Both the position numbers and the translations under genes were made by a program. A DNA stretch of 61,107 nt, filler included, from an uncultured bacterium (lineage in GTDB: Bacteria > Hinthialibacterota > Hinthialibacteria > Hinthialibacterales > Hinthialibacteraceae), in assembly GCA_964449065.1 (NCBI GenBank). It is 4 parts of 4 records of this genome, joined end to end, with 100 filler letters (N's around TTAATTAATTAA, not from the genome) between each part and the next. Parts side by side here need not be neighbours in the genome. Positions count along the whole stretch, not along the records: positions 1 to 15,234 come from CAYVAZ010000101.1; positions 15,335 to 30,537 come from CAYVAZ010000102.1; 2 more parts are not named here. The stretch is one strand, 5' to 3'. Every line of letters begins with the position of its first letter. Within the stretch, counting starts at the first letter, position 1. The notes beneath the pieces are model-generated. The model saw nothing but the letters and a program-made list of their open reading frames with translations. It was not told the origin of the DNA and did no database searches. This document shows, piece after piece, positions 10,731-21,092 of this stretch.

Positions 10731-11210
10731 CTAAATTTGTTTATTCCCAGCAACCGGCAGCCGCATGATGAGGCCGTCTTCTTGGGGGCTGGTGTAGTAA
10801 TTTTTGCGGCGTCCCACCACTTCAAAGCCAAAGCGTTCGTACATGGCAATGGCAGGCCGGTTCGATTCGCGCACTTCCAAGATGACGGATATACATTGGT
10901 TTTGCTTGGCGGTATTGATGGCTTTTTCCATCAACAAGGCGCCGATTCCCCGTCTACGAGTATCGATATGAACAGCGATATTCGAAAGAGTCAAATCAAC
11001 CCCTTTCCAGCCCCAGCAAAAACAATAGCCTACGATCTTGTTTTTTACAGTATGTTCTGCCACAAAGTGGTGATGGTATTTTGTGTTTTGAAACTCTCCC
11101 CGCAGCAGTTCGTATTTCCATGGATCGGGATGCGCCAGCAGTTCAATGGCGTGGACCTCATTCAAGTCGGCTTCTTGCATCGGGCGTACAATGATTTCTT
11201 TTTTCATCAT
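10731..11210 (-). CDS. rimI: Ribosomal protein S18 N-acetyltransferase
   Basis: LEVRESNRPAIAMYERFGF...RKNYY; lies downstream of tsaB; start moved to the ATG at 11210. Confidence 0.9.
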   Translation of the reverse strand: MMKKEIIVRPMQEADLNEVHAIELLAHPDPWKYELLRGEFQNTKYHHHFVAEHTVKNKIVGYCFCWGWKGVDLTLSNIAVHIDTRRRGIGALLMEKAINTAKQNQCISVILEVRESNRPAIAMYERFGFEVVGRRKNYYTSPQEDGLIMRLPVAGNKQI

Positions 11211-11287
11211 TAAACCGTTATCGCTGACAAGTGGGCTGTTTTCCATAAATTCCATCAAGATGTTCTGATTGCAATGCAATGCCAACC

Positions 11288-11312
11288 GTACCGGCTGGAA
11301 GCCGGCGCTCCC
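11288..11312. repeat. REP-like hairpin CCGGCTTCYAGCCGG family
   Basis: Copies at about 11288-11312 (reverse), 20141-20163, 29271-29294 and 47507-47531, all intergenic. Confidence 0.65.
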
Positions 11313-11335
11313 CGAAACGCATTAGGTTCGTGACA

Positions 11336-12031
11336 TTATTTTTGATGCAGCCGTTTCCAATTAATTTCGGCCTGTGAGGCTCCCAAATAATGCGGCTGCA
11401 TTTCATGGGGCCGCAACGCATTGCCATTTTCCAGGGTTTGAAAGGCCAATTGAGTCAAACAATCCGCCCGCGGTAGATCATAGGTTGATGGGATGAGAAT
11501 GCAATCATCCCGCAGCATACCTTGCAGCGGTTGAATAAACGGAGACAGACCGGGGCCGAAGAATACGGTCGGTTCGGTGATGTGTGAAATGAGTTCTTCC
11601 GGCTGGACGTATAATTCTTGGGTTACGGGATCGGGTTGTTTTTGATCCCATGAAAACACCTGCGCGTACATCCAGCCTTTGCGCGCGGCAATGATGGGGC
11701 ATAGATGATACCGGCAATGGGGAAGGCTCCAAGCTAACACTTCGAGCGAGGAGAACGCGAAACCCGGAAGTTGGCGGCCGAAGGCCAGGCCTTGCGCGGT
11801 GGCGATGCCGATGCGAAGGCCGGTGTATGAGCCTGGCCCTTTGACGCACGCGATGGCGGTTAGGTCATCCACCCGTTTGTGGGTGCGTTCCAGCAATCTG
11901 TCGATTGCGGGCATCAGTCCTTCGCTGTGAGTTAAATCGACACTAACGGTCAACAAGCCGCGGATGCCTTGTTGATTGCGCAGTGCAACCGAACCAATCG
12001 AAGACGACGTATCAATTCCCAATATTAACAT
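11336..12031 (-). CDS. tsaB: tRNA t6A biosynthesis protein TsaB
   Basis: MLILGIDTSS start at 12031; HSEGLMP; GPGSYTGLRIG. Confidence 0.93.
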   Translation of the reverse strand: MLILGIDTSSSIGSVALRNQQGIRGLLTVSVDLTHSEGLMPAIDRLLERTHKRVDDLTAIACVKGPGSYTGLRIGIATAQGLAFGRQLPGFAFSSLEVLAWSLPHCRYHLCPIIAARKGWMYAQVFSWDQKQPDPVTQELYVQPEELISHITEPTVFFGPGLSPFIQPLQGMLRDDCILIPSTYDLPRADCLTQLAFQTLENGNALRPHEMQPHYLGASQAEINWKRLHQK

Positions 12032-13119
12032 CGCCCCACCTCGTGCAGGTGGTTTTGACCGCGAAAAGCGGTGAAGAGTGTCCAGGTTCTGGATTCTTCT
12101 CCTGTTTGTTCTCCATAAAGATGAACGGTGTTCGAAGGCAGCAAGTCTCCGATACGTTCCGCCCATTCAATGACAATACAACCATCGGGATTGGTTAGCG
12201 CTTCGTGCCAAAACTCATGGTCTTCTTTTTGCAGTTCATCGATACGGTAGCAATCGATATGGCGCAAGAACGGCTCACCTTCGTATTCGTGAATGAAAAC
12301 ATACGTGGGGCTGGAGACGGTTTGCTTCGCGTTACAGGCGTTTGCCAACCCTTTCACGAATTCCGTTTTCCCTGTGCCTAAATTACCGTGAAGGGCGATA
12401 ACAGGTTCGTTTAGCAATCCCTTTGCTGCCAAATTTTGAGCGAACGATTGGGTTTCGGCGGGTGAATGGGTACGGTGTTCGCTCCATGTTGGCGTGATGA
12501 TATTGGTGTGATGCATTTTGTCGGTGACGACTCTATCCAATGGAATATCATGCGGTTCGGTTTTGATAGCGTGGAGCAGTTGCATGTCATATCCCACCCC
12601 GATAGTGACCGCGTCTTCACGCTTTTGCTGTAAAAAACGGTCATAGTATCCGCCGCCATAACCAATGCGGTAACCGAAGACATCAAACGCGACTGCCGGA
12701 ACAATAAAGAGATCAATCTCTTGCGGCTGTATCAGCGGGCATTGAGCGTCATCCGGTTCTAAAATGCCAAATGCGCCGGTTTGTTGATATACATTGACAT
12801 CCGAAACATGATAAAAGTCGATGGCTTTTTGTTTGATCTTGGGTAAGACCACACGCTTGTTTTGTGCCAGACAATTTCCAATAAAATGAGAGACATCCAC
12901 TTCATTACGGAAACCGTTATAACAAGCGATGGTTTGCGCGGATATAATTTCAGGAAGATGGGCAAGAATTTGATTGATGATTGCGTTTTTATAAGCGACC
13001 GCTTTGGGTGCCAGTTGGGCGCGTTCTGCAATGAGAACTGGGCGCAGAGTGGTTTTGTTTTGAGCAGAGTCGTCCCAAAATGCTTGCTTTCGTTCCGCGT
13101 GCTGAAACGGATTTTTCAT
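12025..13119 (-). CDS. tsaE: Fusion of 5-formyltetrahydrofolate cyclo-ligase and TsaE ATPase
   Basis: N-half VPAVAFD..GYRIGYGGGYYDR..EPHDIPLD; C-half GNLGTGKT, SSPTY, HIDCYR, IEWAE; one continuous frame. Confidence 0.9.
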   Translation of the reverse strand: MKNPFQHAERKQAFWDDSAQNKTTLRPVLIAERAQLAPKAVAYKNAIINQILAHLPEIISAQTIACYNGFRNEVDVSHFIGNCLAQNKRVVLPKIKQKAIDFYHVSDVNVYQQTGAFGILEPDDAQCPLIQPQEIDLFIVPAVAFDVFGYRIGYGGGYYDRFLQQKREDAVTIGVGYDMQLLHAIKTEPHDIPLDRVVTDKMHHTNIITPTWSEHRTHSPAETQSFAQNLAAKGLLNEPVIALHGNLGTGKTEFVKGLANACNAKQTVSSPTYVFIHEYEGEPFLRHIDCYRIDELQKEDHEFWHEALTNPDGCIVIEWAERIGDLLPSNTVHLYGEQTGEESRTWTLFTAFRGQNHLHEVGRC

Positions 13120-13149
13120 TTTGGACCAGTGCGTAAAGTTGAATTCGGT

Positions 13150-13845
13150 TTAGTTAATCGGTTCTGCCGCTTCGGCTTCCAGCCATTCGATGCGCTGGCG
13201 CGCTTGGGAAAACCAGCTGGAAGTCGAATCGATGCCTTGATAGGCTTCTAAGGCGTTTTCATCCTGGCCTAGGTCTTCGTAGCAGGCGCCTTCGAGATAG
13301 CGGAGTTGATTCTTCAGTTCGTCAGAATGTGCCTTTGGCAGTTGCTCCTGAACAATTGCCAATGCCTCGCTGGATTGATCCAAACTGCGAAGAGATTGAA
13401 TCACCCCAACTTGGGCTAAGAACGCATCGGCGCCATTCAGTTTTGATAACGCGGTTTGGTATTCGCTTAATGCCGTTTCATAATCGCCTTGCTGAAAGAG
13501 GCTGTCTGCACGCAGCAAGCGGGCAACCGGAGAGATATCCGCATCGGGAAAATCTTGCAGCAGCACACCAAACTGCTGGGCGGCTTCCTCAAAGTTTTCT
13601 TGCTGGATGAGCGTATTGGCGACAGCAAATTGTTCTTGTACCGCAACAAAATCCGATTGCGATTTTTGCTGATATAAGTAGTAGGCAACATAGGCCAGGG
13701 CAATCACACCGATTACCATCAGGATCATACCGCCATGCTGCTCATAGCTGTGTTTGATTTTCGAAGTCAGTTCCCCGAACATGACTGCAACTTCGTCTTC
13801 TTTGAGGCGCTTTTGCAGTTCTTTATGATCAATTTTGGAGGCCAT
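13150..13845 (-). CDS. Membrane-anchored TPR protein (YfgM-like)
   Basis: Single TM helix after KELQKRLKEDE, followed by TPR-like helices; RBS before ATG 13845. Confidence 0.65.
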   Translation of the reverse strand: MASKIDHKELQKRLKEDEVAVMFGELTSKIKHSYEQHGGMILMVIGVIALAYVAYYLYQQKSQSDFVAVQEQFAVANTLIQQENFEEAAQQFGVLLQDFPDADISPVARLLRADSLFQQGDYETALSEYQTALSKLNGADAFLAQVGVIQSLRSLDQSSEALAIVQEQLPKAHSDELKNQLRYLEGACYEDLGQDENALEAYQGIDSTSSWFSQARQRIEWLEAEAAEPIN

Positions 13846-14043
13846 GTTTCTTCCTTGTTCCACATTTGTTCTATGCCGCGTAAACGGTAAATTGTACAGC
13901 AGGGTAATGCGGAGTCAACTCAGGTGGATGGGACGGGTCTGATGGAAGAGGAGTTTTTCCCTCTACAGAATGGTATCCAAACTCTCTGCGATGTTCTATA
14001 CTTAGAAATCAATTGTGAATAAGCCAGTGGGGGAGATGGTGAA

Positions 14044-15174
14044 ATGAAACAGATACCGGTCATTGCTTTCGTTGGATATATGACTATCACTCTATCGCTG
14101 CACGCGAACGACTTAGAGTCCATCCAATGGGAAAAGATTGTGATTAATGAGAATTCCAGTTTTGAGGCTGCGGGAATCGGCGATATCGATTTGGACGGCC
14201 ACAATGACATTATGTGCGGTTCGTATTGGTATGCCGGTCCGGATTTTAACGAACGCTACTTCATTACGGAAATTGAAAAGCCCAATACCTATTACAACGA
14301 TTTCGCCAACGAGTTGATGGACGTGGACGGCGACGGGGATTTGGATGCCATCTCGGCGACGTGGTTCAGCCGCAGTGTATTGTGGCGGGAAAATCCCGGT
14401 GAGAAGGGCAAACCGTGGACGGAGCACACCATCGATAAACCCGGCAACTGCGAAACCGCTTTGTTGGTAGATATCAATAACGACGGCGTGCTGGATATAT
14501 TGCCCAATATGGTACGCGGTGTGGTTTGGTATGAGAAACTCGGTAAAGACAAAGCCGAATGGAAGAAGCACGATTTCGGCACAAAAGGCGCCGGGCACGG
14601 ACAGGGTGCTGGGGATATAAACGGCGACGGAATCTTAGATATTATCTGCAACACCGGGTGGTATGAAAGTAGTCAAAATGGGGATGAGATTATCTGGACC
14701 TTTCGGGACGAATGGAATTTGGGGACGGCCAGCATTCCGATATTGGTGTATGACGTGAACAATGACGGCCAACAGGATATCGTTTGGGGTATGGGACACA
14801 ACTACGGGCTCTATTGGCTGGAACAAGCGGAAGAACACGGCAAACGAATGTGGTGGCGGCACACGATTGACGAAAGTTGGTCGCAAGCACACTATATTTT
14901 CGCGGCAGATATTGCCGGGGATGAAGATTTAGAACTCATCGCCGGTAAACGGGTCTTTGCGCATGACGGCAAAGACCCCGGCGGACATGATCCTCTGGTG
15001 AATTATGTCTATCAATACAACCGGGAAAGCAGCGAATGGAAACGGCATTCCATTCATAAAGGCGGCAATGCAGGGTTTGGATTGAACCCCGGTATTGGGG
15101 ATATCGACAAAGACGGCGATTTGGATCTTGTCTGTCCCGGAAAAAAAGGGTTGTATTTGTTTAAGCAAAACTAG
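14044..15174 (+). CDS. Secreted FG-GAP/VCBS repeat protein
   Basis: Signal peptide; repeated D-x-D/N-x-D-G-x-x-D motifs. Confidence 0.85.
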   Translation: MKQIPVIAFVGYMTITLSLHANDLESIQWEKIVINENSSFEAAGIGDIDLDGHNDIMCGSYWYAGPDFNERYFITEIEKPNTYYNDFANELMDVDGDGDLDAISATWFSRSVLWRENPGEKGKPWTEHTIDKPGNCETALLVDINNDGVLDILPNMVRGVVWYEKLGKDKAEWKKHDFGTKGAGHGQGAGDINGDGILDIICNTGWYESSQNGDEIIWTFRDEWNLGTASIPILVYDVNNDGQQDIVWGMGHNYGLYWLEQAEEHGKRMWWRHTIDESWSQAHYIFAADIAGDEDLELIAGKRVFAHDGKDPGGHDPLVNYVYQYNRESSEWKRHSIHKGGNAGFGLNPGIGDIDKDGDLDLVCPGKKGLYLFKQN

Positions 15175-15234
15175 TACAGTGTCAACGATTAAATGACGGG
15201 TGTCGATCCCCCCCTCCCCCCTTATCAAGGGGGG

Positions 15235-15334
15235 NNNNNNNNNNNNNNNNNNNNNNNNNNNNNNNNNNNNNNNNNNNNTTAATTAATTAANNNNNNNNNN
15301 NNNNNNNNNNNNNNNNNNNNNNNNNNNNNNNNNN
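15235..15334. other. Artificial scaffold linker
   Basis: N-run flanking TTAATTAATTAA (stop codons in all six frames). Confidence 0.95.
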
Positions 15335-15410
15335 AACCCTCACCCCGGCCCTCTCCCGGTGGGCGAGGGCGATAGATTCAGCGAACGATTAGAAAAACGG
15401 GCATATCATA
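15335..15410. repeat. Dispersed repeat of about 75 bp with REP-like hairpin
   Basis: CCCTCACCCCGGCCCTCTCCCGGTGGGCGAGGGCGATAGAT...GCGAACGATT is nearly identical to 59043-59117. Confidence 0.75.
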
Positions 15411-15449
15411 ATGTAGTGCGTAACATGAATTAATAATAAGGATAAGTCT

Positions 15450-17234
15450 ATGGATATACTTTTGGGGTTAGCCGGGATTTTGGTGTTAGGCATCATGGCG
15501 CAGTGGCTGGCGTGGATGTGGAGGATTCCATCGATTCTGCTGCTGCTGTTGTTCGGCATATTGACCGGGCCGGTGTTTGGATTTTTGCAGCCGGATTTGC
15601 TGTTCGGCGATTTGCTGCTGCCGCTGGTTTCGTTATCGGTCGCCATCATTTTGTTTGAGGGTGGACTGACGCTGCATTATTCGGAACTGAAAGAAACCGG
15701 CGCGGTGATGGGGAAGTTGATTTCAATCGGCGCCCTGGTGACCTGGCTGCTATGTTCGTATTTTGCCTACCTTTGTTTTGGGCTTGATTTAAAACTATCG
15801 TTTTTGCTGGGCGCGATCTTGATTGTCAGCGGGCCGACGGTGATCGGGCCGTTGCTCATGCAGGTACGTCCCAACAGCCGGATGCGTTCAATTCTAAAGT
15901 GGGAAGGAATTTTGATCGACCCCATCGGCGCGCTGGTTTCGGTGTTAATGTTCGAGATTATTGTGGAAACCGGGTATGGGTCTACAGCAGGGTTTGTGGC
16001 GTTCGCCGTCGCCAAAACGATTGGAGTCGGTCTTGTACTGGGCATCGGGGGCGCGTTGTTGATGATTATTCTATTTCAACGGTATTGGGTACCGGATCAT
16101 TTGCACAACCCGTTTTCGCTGGCCATGGTGTCTATCGTGTTTGTGCTCTCCAATCAAATCATGCATGAATCGGGGCTGCTGTCCGTCACGATAATGGGAA
16201 TTGTGCTGGCCAATCAAAAGCAGATTACCGTGCAGCATCTGCTGGCGTTTAAAGAAGATTTGCGGGTGCTGTTGATCTCGGCCTTGTTTGTCATTTTGGT
16301 GGCGCGCCTGCAATGGGAACACATCCAGCAAATGAATATGCAGGCGTTGATCTTTTTGCTGTTAGTGATTTTGGTGGTGCGTCCCGCGGCAGTGATTTTA
16401 TCGACGCTGGGCAGTCAGATCCCCTGGAATGAACGTTTGTTTCTGTCGTGGGTGGCACCGCGCGGGATTGTGGCGGCGGCGATTGCGTCTGTGTTTTCGC
16501 TAACCCTGTTGGAAGAAGGATATGCCGGGGCGGAACAAATTATCGCGGTGACCTTTTTTGTGATTATCGGAACGGTGTTGATCTATGGGTTTACCGCGCT
16601 GCCGTTGGCGAAGTTGTTGAAGGTAAGTGAAGCCCATGCAAAGGGTTTGTTGTTTGTCGGGGCGCATCCGTGGGTGCAGGGGCTGGCAAAGCTGCTGCAA
16701 GACGAGAAGTTTCCGGTGATGATGATTGACACCAATCGTGGATACATCAAAAAAGCTAGATTGGATGGGCTGCGGGCGTATCCGCAAAACGTGTTTTCGG
16801 AATTTGAGTATTTGGGCGGCATTCGCCGGGTATTAGCAATGACCCCGAACGATGAACTTAATTCATTGGTATGCGTTCACTTCTTGGAATGGTTTGACCG
16901 CAAAGAAATTTATCAGTTGCAGCCCGAAGATATGAGCGAGGAAGACCATGAGAATCAACCCGGGCATTTGCACGGCCGCTTTTTGTTCCGCAAGCATATC
17001 ACCTATGCCGATTTACATCACAAGTATTTTTTGGGCAACAAGTTTAAAAAAACCAAACTAACGGAAGAGTTTGGGTATGAAGAGTTTCAGGAATACTACA
17101 ACAACAAAGCGCTGCCTCTTTTTATTATTAACGAGAAACGCGAATTGACAGTTCTCACATTGGATCAGGAATTGATGCCAAAGGCGGGGCAGACATTAAT
17201 TTCATTGGTGCCGAAAGTTGAAGAAAAATCGTAA
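15450..17234 (+). CDS. CPA1 sodium:proton antiporter with C-terminal TrkA_N-like domain
   Basis: ILFEGG, SGPTVIGP, EGILIDP, PRGIVAAA motifs; about 12 TM segments. Confidence 0.88.
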   Translation: MDILLGLAGILVLGIMAQWLAWMWRIPSILLLLLFGILTGPVFGFLQPDLLFGDLLLPLVSLSVAIILFEGGLTLHYSELKETGAVMGKLISIGALVTWLLCSYFAYLCFGLDLKLSFLLGAILIVSGPTVIGPLLMQVRPNSRMRSILKWEGILIDPIGALVSVLMFEIIVETGYGSTAGFVAFAVAKTIGVGLVLGIGGALLMIILFQRYWVPDHLHNPFSLAMVSIVFVLSNQIMHESGLLSVTIMGIVLANQKQITVQHLLAFKEDLRVLLISALFVILVARLQWEHIQQMNMQALIFLLLVILVVRPAAVILSTLGSQIPWNERLFLSWVAPRGIVAAAIASVFSLTLLEEGYAGAEQIIAVTFFVIIGTVLIYGFTALPLAKLLKVSEAHAKGLLFVGAHPWVQGLAKLLQDEKFPVMMIDTNRGYIKKARLDGLRAYPQNVFSEFEYLGGIRRVLAMTPNDELNSLVCVHFLEWFDRKEIYQLQPEDMSEEDHENQPGHLHGRFLFRKHITYADLHHKYFLGNKFKKTKLTEEFGYEEFQEYYNNKALPLFIINEKRELTVLTLDQELMPKAGQTLISLVPKVEEKS

Positions 17235-17422
17235 ATTGTTATACGGTTTCAATTTAATTTTGTGTGATGCGAATTTCCCTTTCAAGACCGGGGAGGTTTA
17301 GGATTGGATTGACCGTTCGATCATCACCCCCCCCTCTAACTCCCCCCAATCTTGTGGGGAGAAAATTGAGGCCTTCGAAAGATACATTAGCCACGTATCA
17401 AACTTTATTTTTTGTAAAGGTA

Positions 17423-20071
17423 TTATTTGTCATAGATACGAAAGTCATCCGCGAGGATATGCCCCCAGGCACCCGCGGCGTAATCGGCAACGGTGATCCG
17501 CGCGGTTTGTCCCAGCCAGGGTGTAAGGTCCCACTCCACTCTGCGAAGCGTTTCGGATTGATCTCCGGTTTCGCGAAACACCGTTTGCCCATTTATTTTT
17601 AGTGAAACATAGACTGTGTTTTGATCGCTGCCTCCACCGATTAAAAAATCCATGTGATTGAAATCCAGTGTAAATTCCGGTGAGATTAGTGTTCCAAGAT
17701 AGCGGTCTTTGCCGTCGAAGTAACTGTTGATGAAGTAGTTGCCTTCAAAGCCGGTGACCGGCAGTTGCTCTCCGATGCTCCTGAATGAAGGCTGGGTCCC
17801 AAACGCTTCGCCTTCGGTGATCCAACCTTCGTAGGTTCCGTTTTCGAAGTTCCAGTAATAGCCGGGGGGGCGGTCGGTTTGGATGATGTGATCGATTGCC
17901 ATCCACGACTGGCGGTCGCGGTCGGCGGCCAGCCACACAGCCTGCTTGTTTTTCCACGGCGCCATCGACCAGGATATTTGCTGCCATCCCGATGTTTCGC
18001 CGCCGTGCAAAACACGCGCAACCTGCCAGCCGTATATGCCGTCTTGCTCGTAATGCAGTTCTTCCGGTTTGAGGTAAAACTTTGTTTCTCCCACCAGCGG
18101 TTCGTTGGGAAGATGATCGAATATGTGTTTTACGCTGGGAGGATTGGATGGATTTCGATCCGCGATTTTCTGTTTGACTGCAAGGCAAAAAACGGTGGGC
18201 GATGCGTCTTTGGGCATGTTGGCAAAGAAGTGAAGGTCATCGCCCTGAATGATAAAAGGTTCGGATTGAAGGGTTCCCATAAAGCGCTGGTTTGCGCCTG
18301 TGCCCGAAACGGCCGCGCCGGAACCGACGACGCTCAGGCTTCGATTGGGGAATGATCCGAACGCAAAGCCGACGGATTCGGTATGGGAGTAGGCGGTTTC
18401 AAACTCCCAGGTCATGCGGTCGGGGTCTTCTGGCAGAGGAATACGTTGGATGATTAACCCCTTTTTATCGGATTTGGTCAGTGTCCATGAGGAAAAGGAT
18501 GGCCGCAGCAATTCTTGAATCGGCTGTTCAGGAATCGGGCGGGATTGCTTTTGATAATAGGTAATTTGTTGTTGTTTATAGGTATCATAATTCCCAAGCA
18601 GTAAGTTTTGAATGGGTGAAATAAGGGAAAACGACAACGGTGTCTGGTCATGATGCCATAGTTCTTTGGGCAATTCAAAGATGATTTCCGGACAGAGTTG
18701 AAACGCTTGAATGGCGGTGACGCGGATGCCGTTGAGGCTTTGCCGCATGAGGGGGATTTCATTTTGGATAGCCAAGTTGAGGGGGATAACGGTTTGGTCT
18801 TGCGGGAGGTTGGCATATAGAGTGGGATGAAACGGGATGGCAACCGTTTGATTTTTGTTTCGGGTTTGGGTGTCAAGGATGGTGTGGATATTTTGGCTGA
18901 TATCTTGCAGTAACTTCGCTTGGGAGATGGAGCGCTGCCAGACGGTGGGTTGATCAAACCAGCCCAGAAAGAGGATGAGCAATGCGGCAGCGCCGGCGGC
19001 TTCATGGCGGAGAGACGGGAGGGAATACGCCAGAAGCAAAAGGCCTTGGGCGGCGTAGGGAATAAGAAGTATCAACAATACCAGAGCGTATTGGGTGTGA
19101 TGAAGAGTATCGAGCGGCACGATGAAAAAAAACGACGCAAGCAGGGATAACAGCGTAAATAAAAATGCAATCGGTATCCAACCGGATTGATACTGCTGGA
19201 TCAGTCCGGCTAACACAACCATACCGAATAGCGGCAGGGGAACCCACCACTGCGCTCCGCCGTTGCCCATCCATACAAGAAAGTGTCTGAGATTTTCATG
19301 CGCTTGGAATGAGAGCCATGGAAACGTGCCCCATGCAATCAAAGGGGACGGCATGGATACAAGATACCCCCCGCCTAAGGTCTGAGCGTTAATGCTTTGG
19401 ATCAGGTAAAACAGCACAGCCGGTAAGACGGCTATCCAAGAAAGCAGGAAAACGGATTCGGTTTTCTTTGCGTGCCATACCGAATGAATGGTTGTTGCTA
19501 TTGCGATGACAATAGAGGCAATAAAGCCCATGCTGCCGCAAAAACTGATTGCAAGAAGAATAAAATAAGAGACGGGGTTGCTTGCGTTCTTTTGCAGGAG
19601 CCATTCGATAACCAACCAAGCCAGGATAACTTGTGAAGGCATAAAAAACATAGAGTACCATAGAAGAGGATTGCCAAAAAATAACAAATAAGCGGTCAAT
19701 GAAAACGTTGTTTTGTTCTCTTGCCTAAGCCAACGGGCCGCGCGGAAAATCAGTAATGTGTTGAATGCGGACTGCCATAGCCAGAGTGTGGAATACGGCG
19801 GCAGATGCAGCCATTCGGCAAACCAAATCAAAAGCGTAACGATGATGTTGATATTTTGATAGCAGTCTGTTACCTGTTCGCTTAACACGAAGTGAAGGGT
19901 TCCGTTCAGGATTCTGGCGAACAGCAGGTTGATGACTTCGGATTGGGGATAGAGATAGAGAATGTAATCGCAAAACATGAGCGCGCCAGCCAGTATCATG
20001 GCCGCGAGGGTTGATACGATGGCGGGGATCCAAAATTCAGTCAATACGGGATGGATTGGTTTTGCACTCAT
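17423..20071 (-). CDS. Multi-pass membrane protein with C-terminal carbohydrate-binding-like beta-sandwich repeats
   Basis: Hydrophobic N-half; two repeats of the FE..G.AFG...GTL.S..F...W...W.....D.I type; likely start at 20071. Confidence 0.6.
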   Translation of the reverse strand: MSAKPIHPVLTEFWIPAIVSTLAAMILAGALMFCDYILYLYPQSEVINLLFARILNGTLHFVLSEQVTDCYQNINIIVTLLIWFAEWLHLPPYSTLWLWQSAFNTLLIFRAARWLRQENKTTFSLTAYLLFFGNPLLWYSMFFMPSQVILAWLVIEWLLQKNASNPVSYFILLAISFCGSMGFIASIVIAIATTIHSVWHAKKTESVFLLSWIAVLPAVLFYLIQSINAQTLGGGYLVSMPSPLIAWGTFPWLSFQAHENLRHFLVWMGNGGAQWWVPLPLFGMVVLAGLIQQYQSGWIPIAFLFTLLSLLASFFFIVPLDTLHHTQYALVLLILLIPYAAQGLLLLAYSLPSLRHEAAGAAALLILFLGWFDQPTVWQRSISQAKLLQDISQNIHTILDTQTRNKNQTVAIPFHPTLYANLPQDQTVIPLNLAIQNEIPLMRQSLNGIRVTAIQAFQLCPEIIFELPKELWHHDQTPLSFSLISPIQNLLLGNYDTYKQQQITYYQKQSRPIPEQPIQELLRPSFSSWTLTKSDKKGLIIQRIPLPEDPDRMTWEFETAYSHTESVGFAFGSFPNRSLSVVGSGAAVSGTGANQRFMGTLQSEPFIIQGDDLHFFANMPKDASPTVFCLAVKQKIADRNPSNPPSVKHIFDHLPNEPLVGETKFYLKPEELHYEQDGIYGWQVARVLHGGETSGWQQISWSMAPWKNKQAVWLAADRDRQSWMAIDHIIQTDRPPGYYWNFENGTYEGWITEGEAFGTQPSFRSIGEQLPVTGFEGNYFINSYFDGKDRYLGTLISPEFTLDFNHMDFLIGGGSDQNTVYVSLKINGQTVFRETGDQSETLRRVEWDLTPWLGQTARITVADYAAGAWGHILADDFRIYDK

Positions 20072-20112
20072 TATGATGCGATTGTATAAGGCATTTGATT
20101 TGCGGCAATCTC

Positions 20113-20207
20113 TAGAGCGTTTCAAAGTTGAATAGCCGGGTAGCACCGGCTTCTAGCCGGTACATGTATGTACACTCTGCACCTCTGCGCAAACCTGAAT
20201 TGCTCTA
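20113..20207. repeat. IR-bounded element containing a REP hairpin
   Basis: Ends TAGAGCGTTTCA and (reverse complement) TAGAGCAATTCA; internal CACCGGCTTCTAGCCGGTA. Confidence 0.6.
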
Positions 20208-20215
20208 ATGCGCAC

Positions 20216-20713
20216 TCATTTTTCGGCTAGCGATTTAATCCATTGAATCGAAGTCTCTTCTGCCGGTTTCAGAATGGTCAGGCTTTCCGATTCTGCGGCA
20301 GTGCAGAGGCGGTTGTCGTCCGAGATGAAGATGAGGTCTTGTATGTTCTGTACGGTCATTTATAATGCCGCTGAAAGGTGTAGTGCATCCGCAGCTTTCA
20401 AGGAATGTTTTCTTACCATATCTATGCTTCGATAAAAGATGCTATCATTCAAGTTGATAAAGGATAAAGCATTTGTGCTTTCAAATAGAAAGGTAGTTAC
20501 ATATCCATTAGCCTCTTCTTTTGTGAATTGATTTTCACGCATCAACCGCATAGCAACGGAGGCGAATTCTGATATAGTGTGTTTAGCTGTATACAAATTT
20601 ATATTGTCTTTTTGTTTTAGACGATAAAGATGATTCATGAAATCGGTACCGGTTTCACTCCAGTACCGTTTTATTAATGCGGAAGTATCTATATAAAAGT
20701 GGATATCCCGCAT
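20216..20713 (-). pseudogene. vapC: VapC/PIN toxin interrupted by an in-frame TAA
   Basis: YIDTSALIKRY..DALHLSAAL, TAA at 20360-20362, then in-frame MTVQNIQDLIFISDDNRLCTAAESESLTILKP matching the paralog at 21093-21581. Confidence 0.85.
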
Positions 20714-20718
20714 TCGCT

Positions 20719-20919
20719 TTACCAGCCTGCTTCACGTTCTTCCATAATGATATCGGATACTTTTCTACCTTTTAGTTTTTGTTGAGAGAGTGCCTGGCAC
20801 TCTTCAACAGACATTTTTTTATAGGGGCCTATTGTAGACATGATTTTTTCAATATCATCGTTTTTTAATGTGCTGGTTGTTGGTTGGGTTTTAGTTTCTT
20901 GTTCTGTAGTTTCACGCAT
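20719..20919 (-). CDS. Putative antitoxin
   Basis: 66 aa upstream of the PIN gene; ends GRKVSDIIMEER. Confidence 0.7.
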   Translation of the reverse strand: MRETTEQETKTQPTTSTLKNDDIEKIMSTIGPYKKMSVEECQALSQQKLKGRKVSDIIMEEREAGW

Positions 20920-21092
20920 AATTGATACGATCCTTTAAAGCTCTCTTATTTGTTTTCATTCATTGTAACACATATTAACCATTAGAAATGTAGAATTCAT
21001 TCCAAATAATACATTTTATATTGAAAGAAACTGAACTTTTGGTTAGCGGAAGCCTCGCCCTTCCCAAATTCGAACAGATTTTGATATCTACT

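Noticed and set aside
11336..12166. 276-aa TsaB with an N-terminal extension
   Set aside because: The extension overlaps the tsaE domain in another frame; family similarity starts at MLILGIDTS (12031).
15279..15290. TTAATTAATTAA palindrome repeated three times in the window as a biological site
   Set aside because: Always embedded in N padding; it is a six-frame-stop assembly linker.
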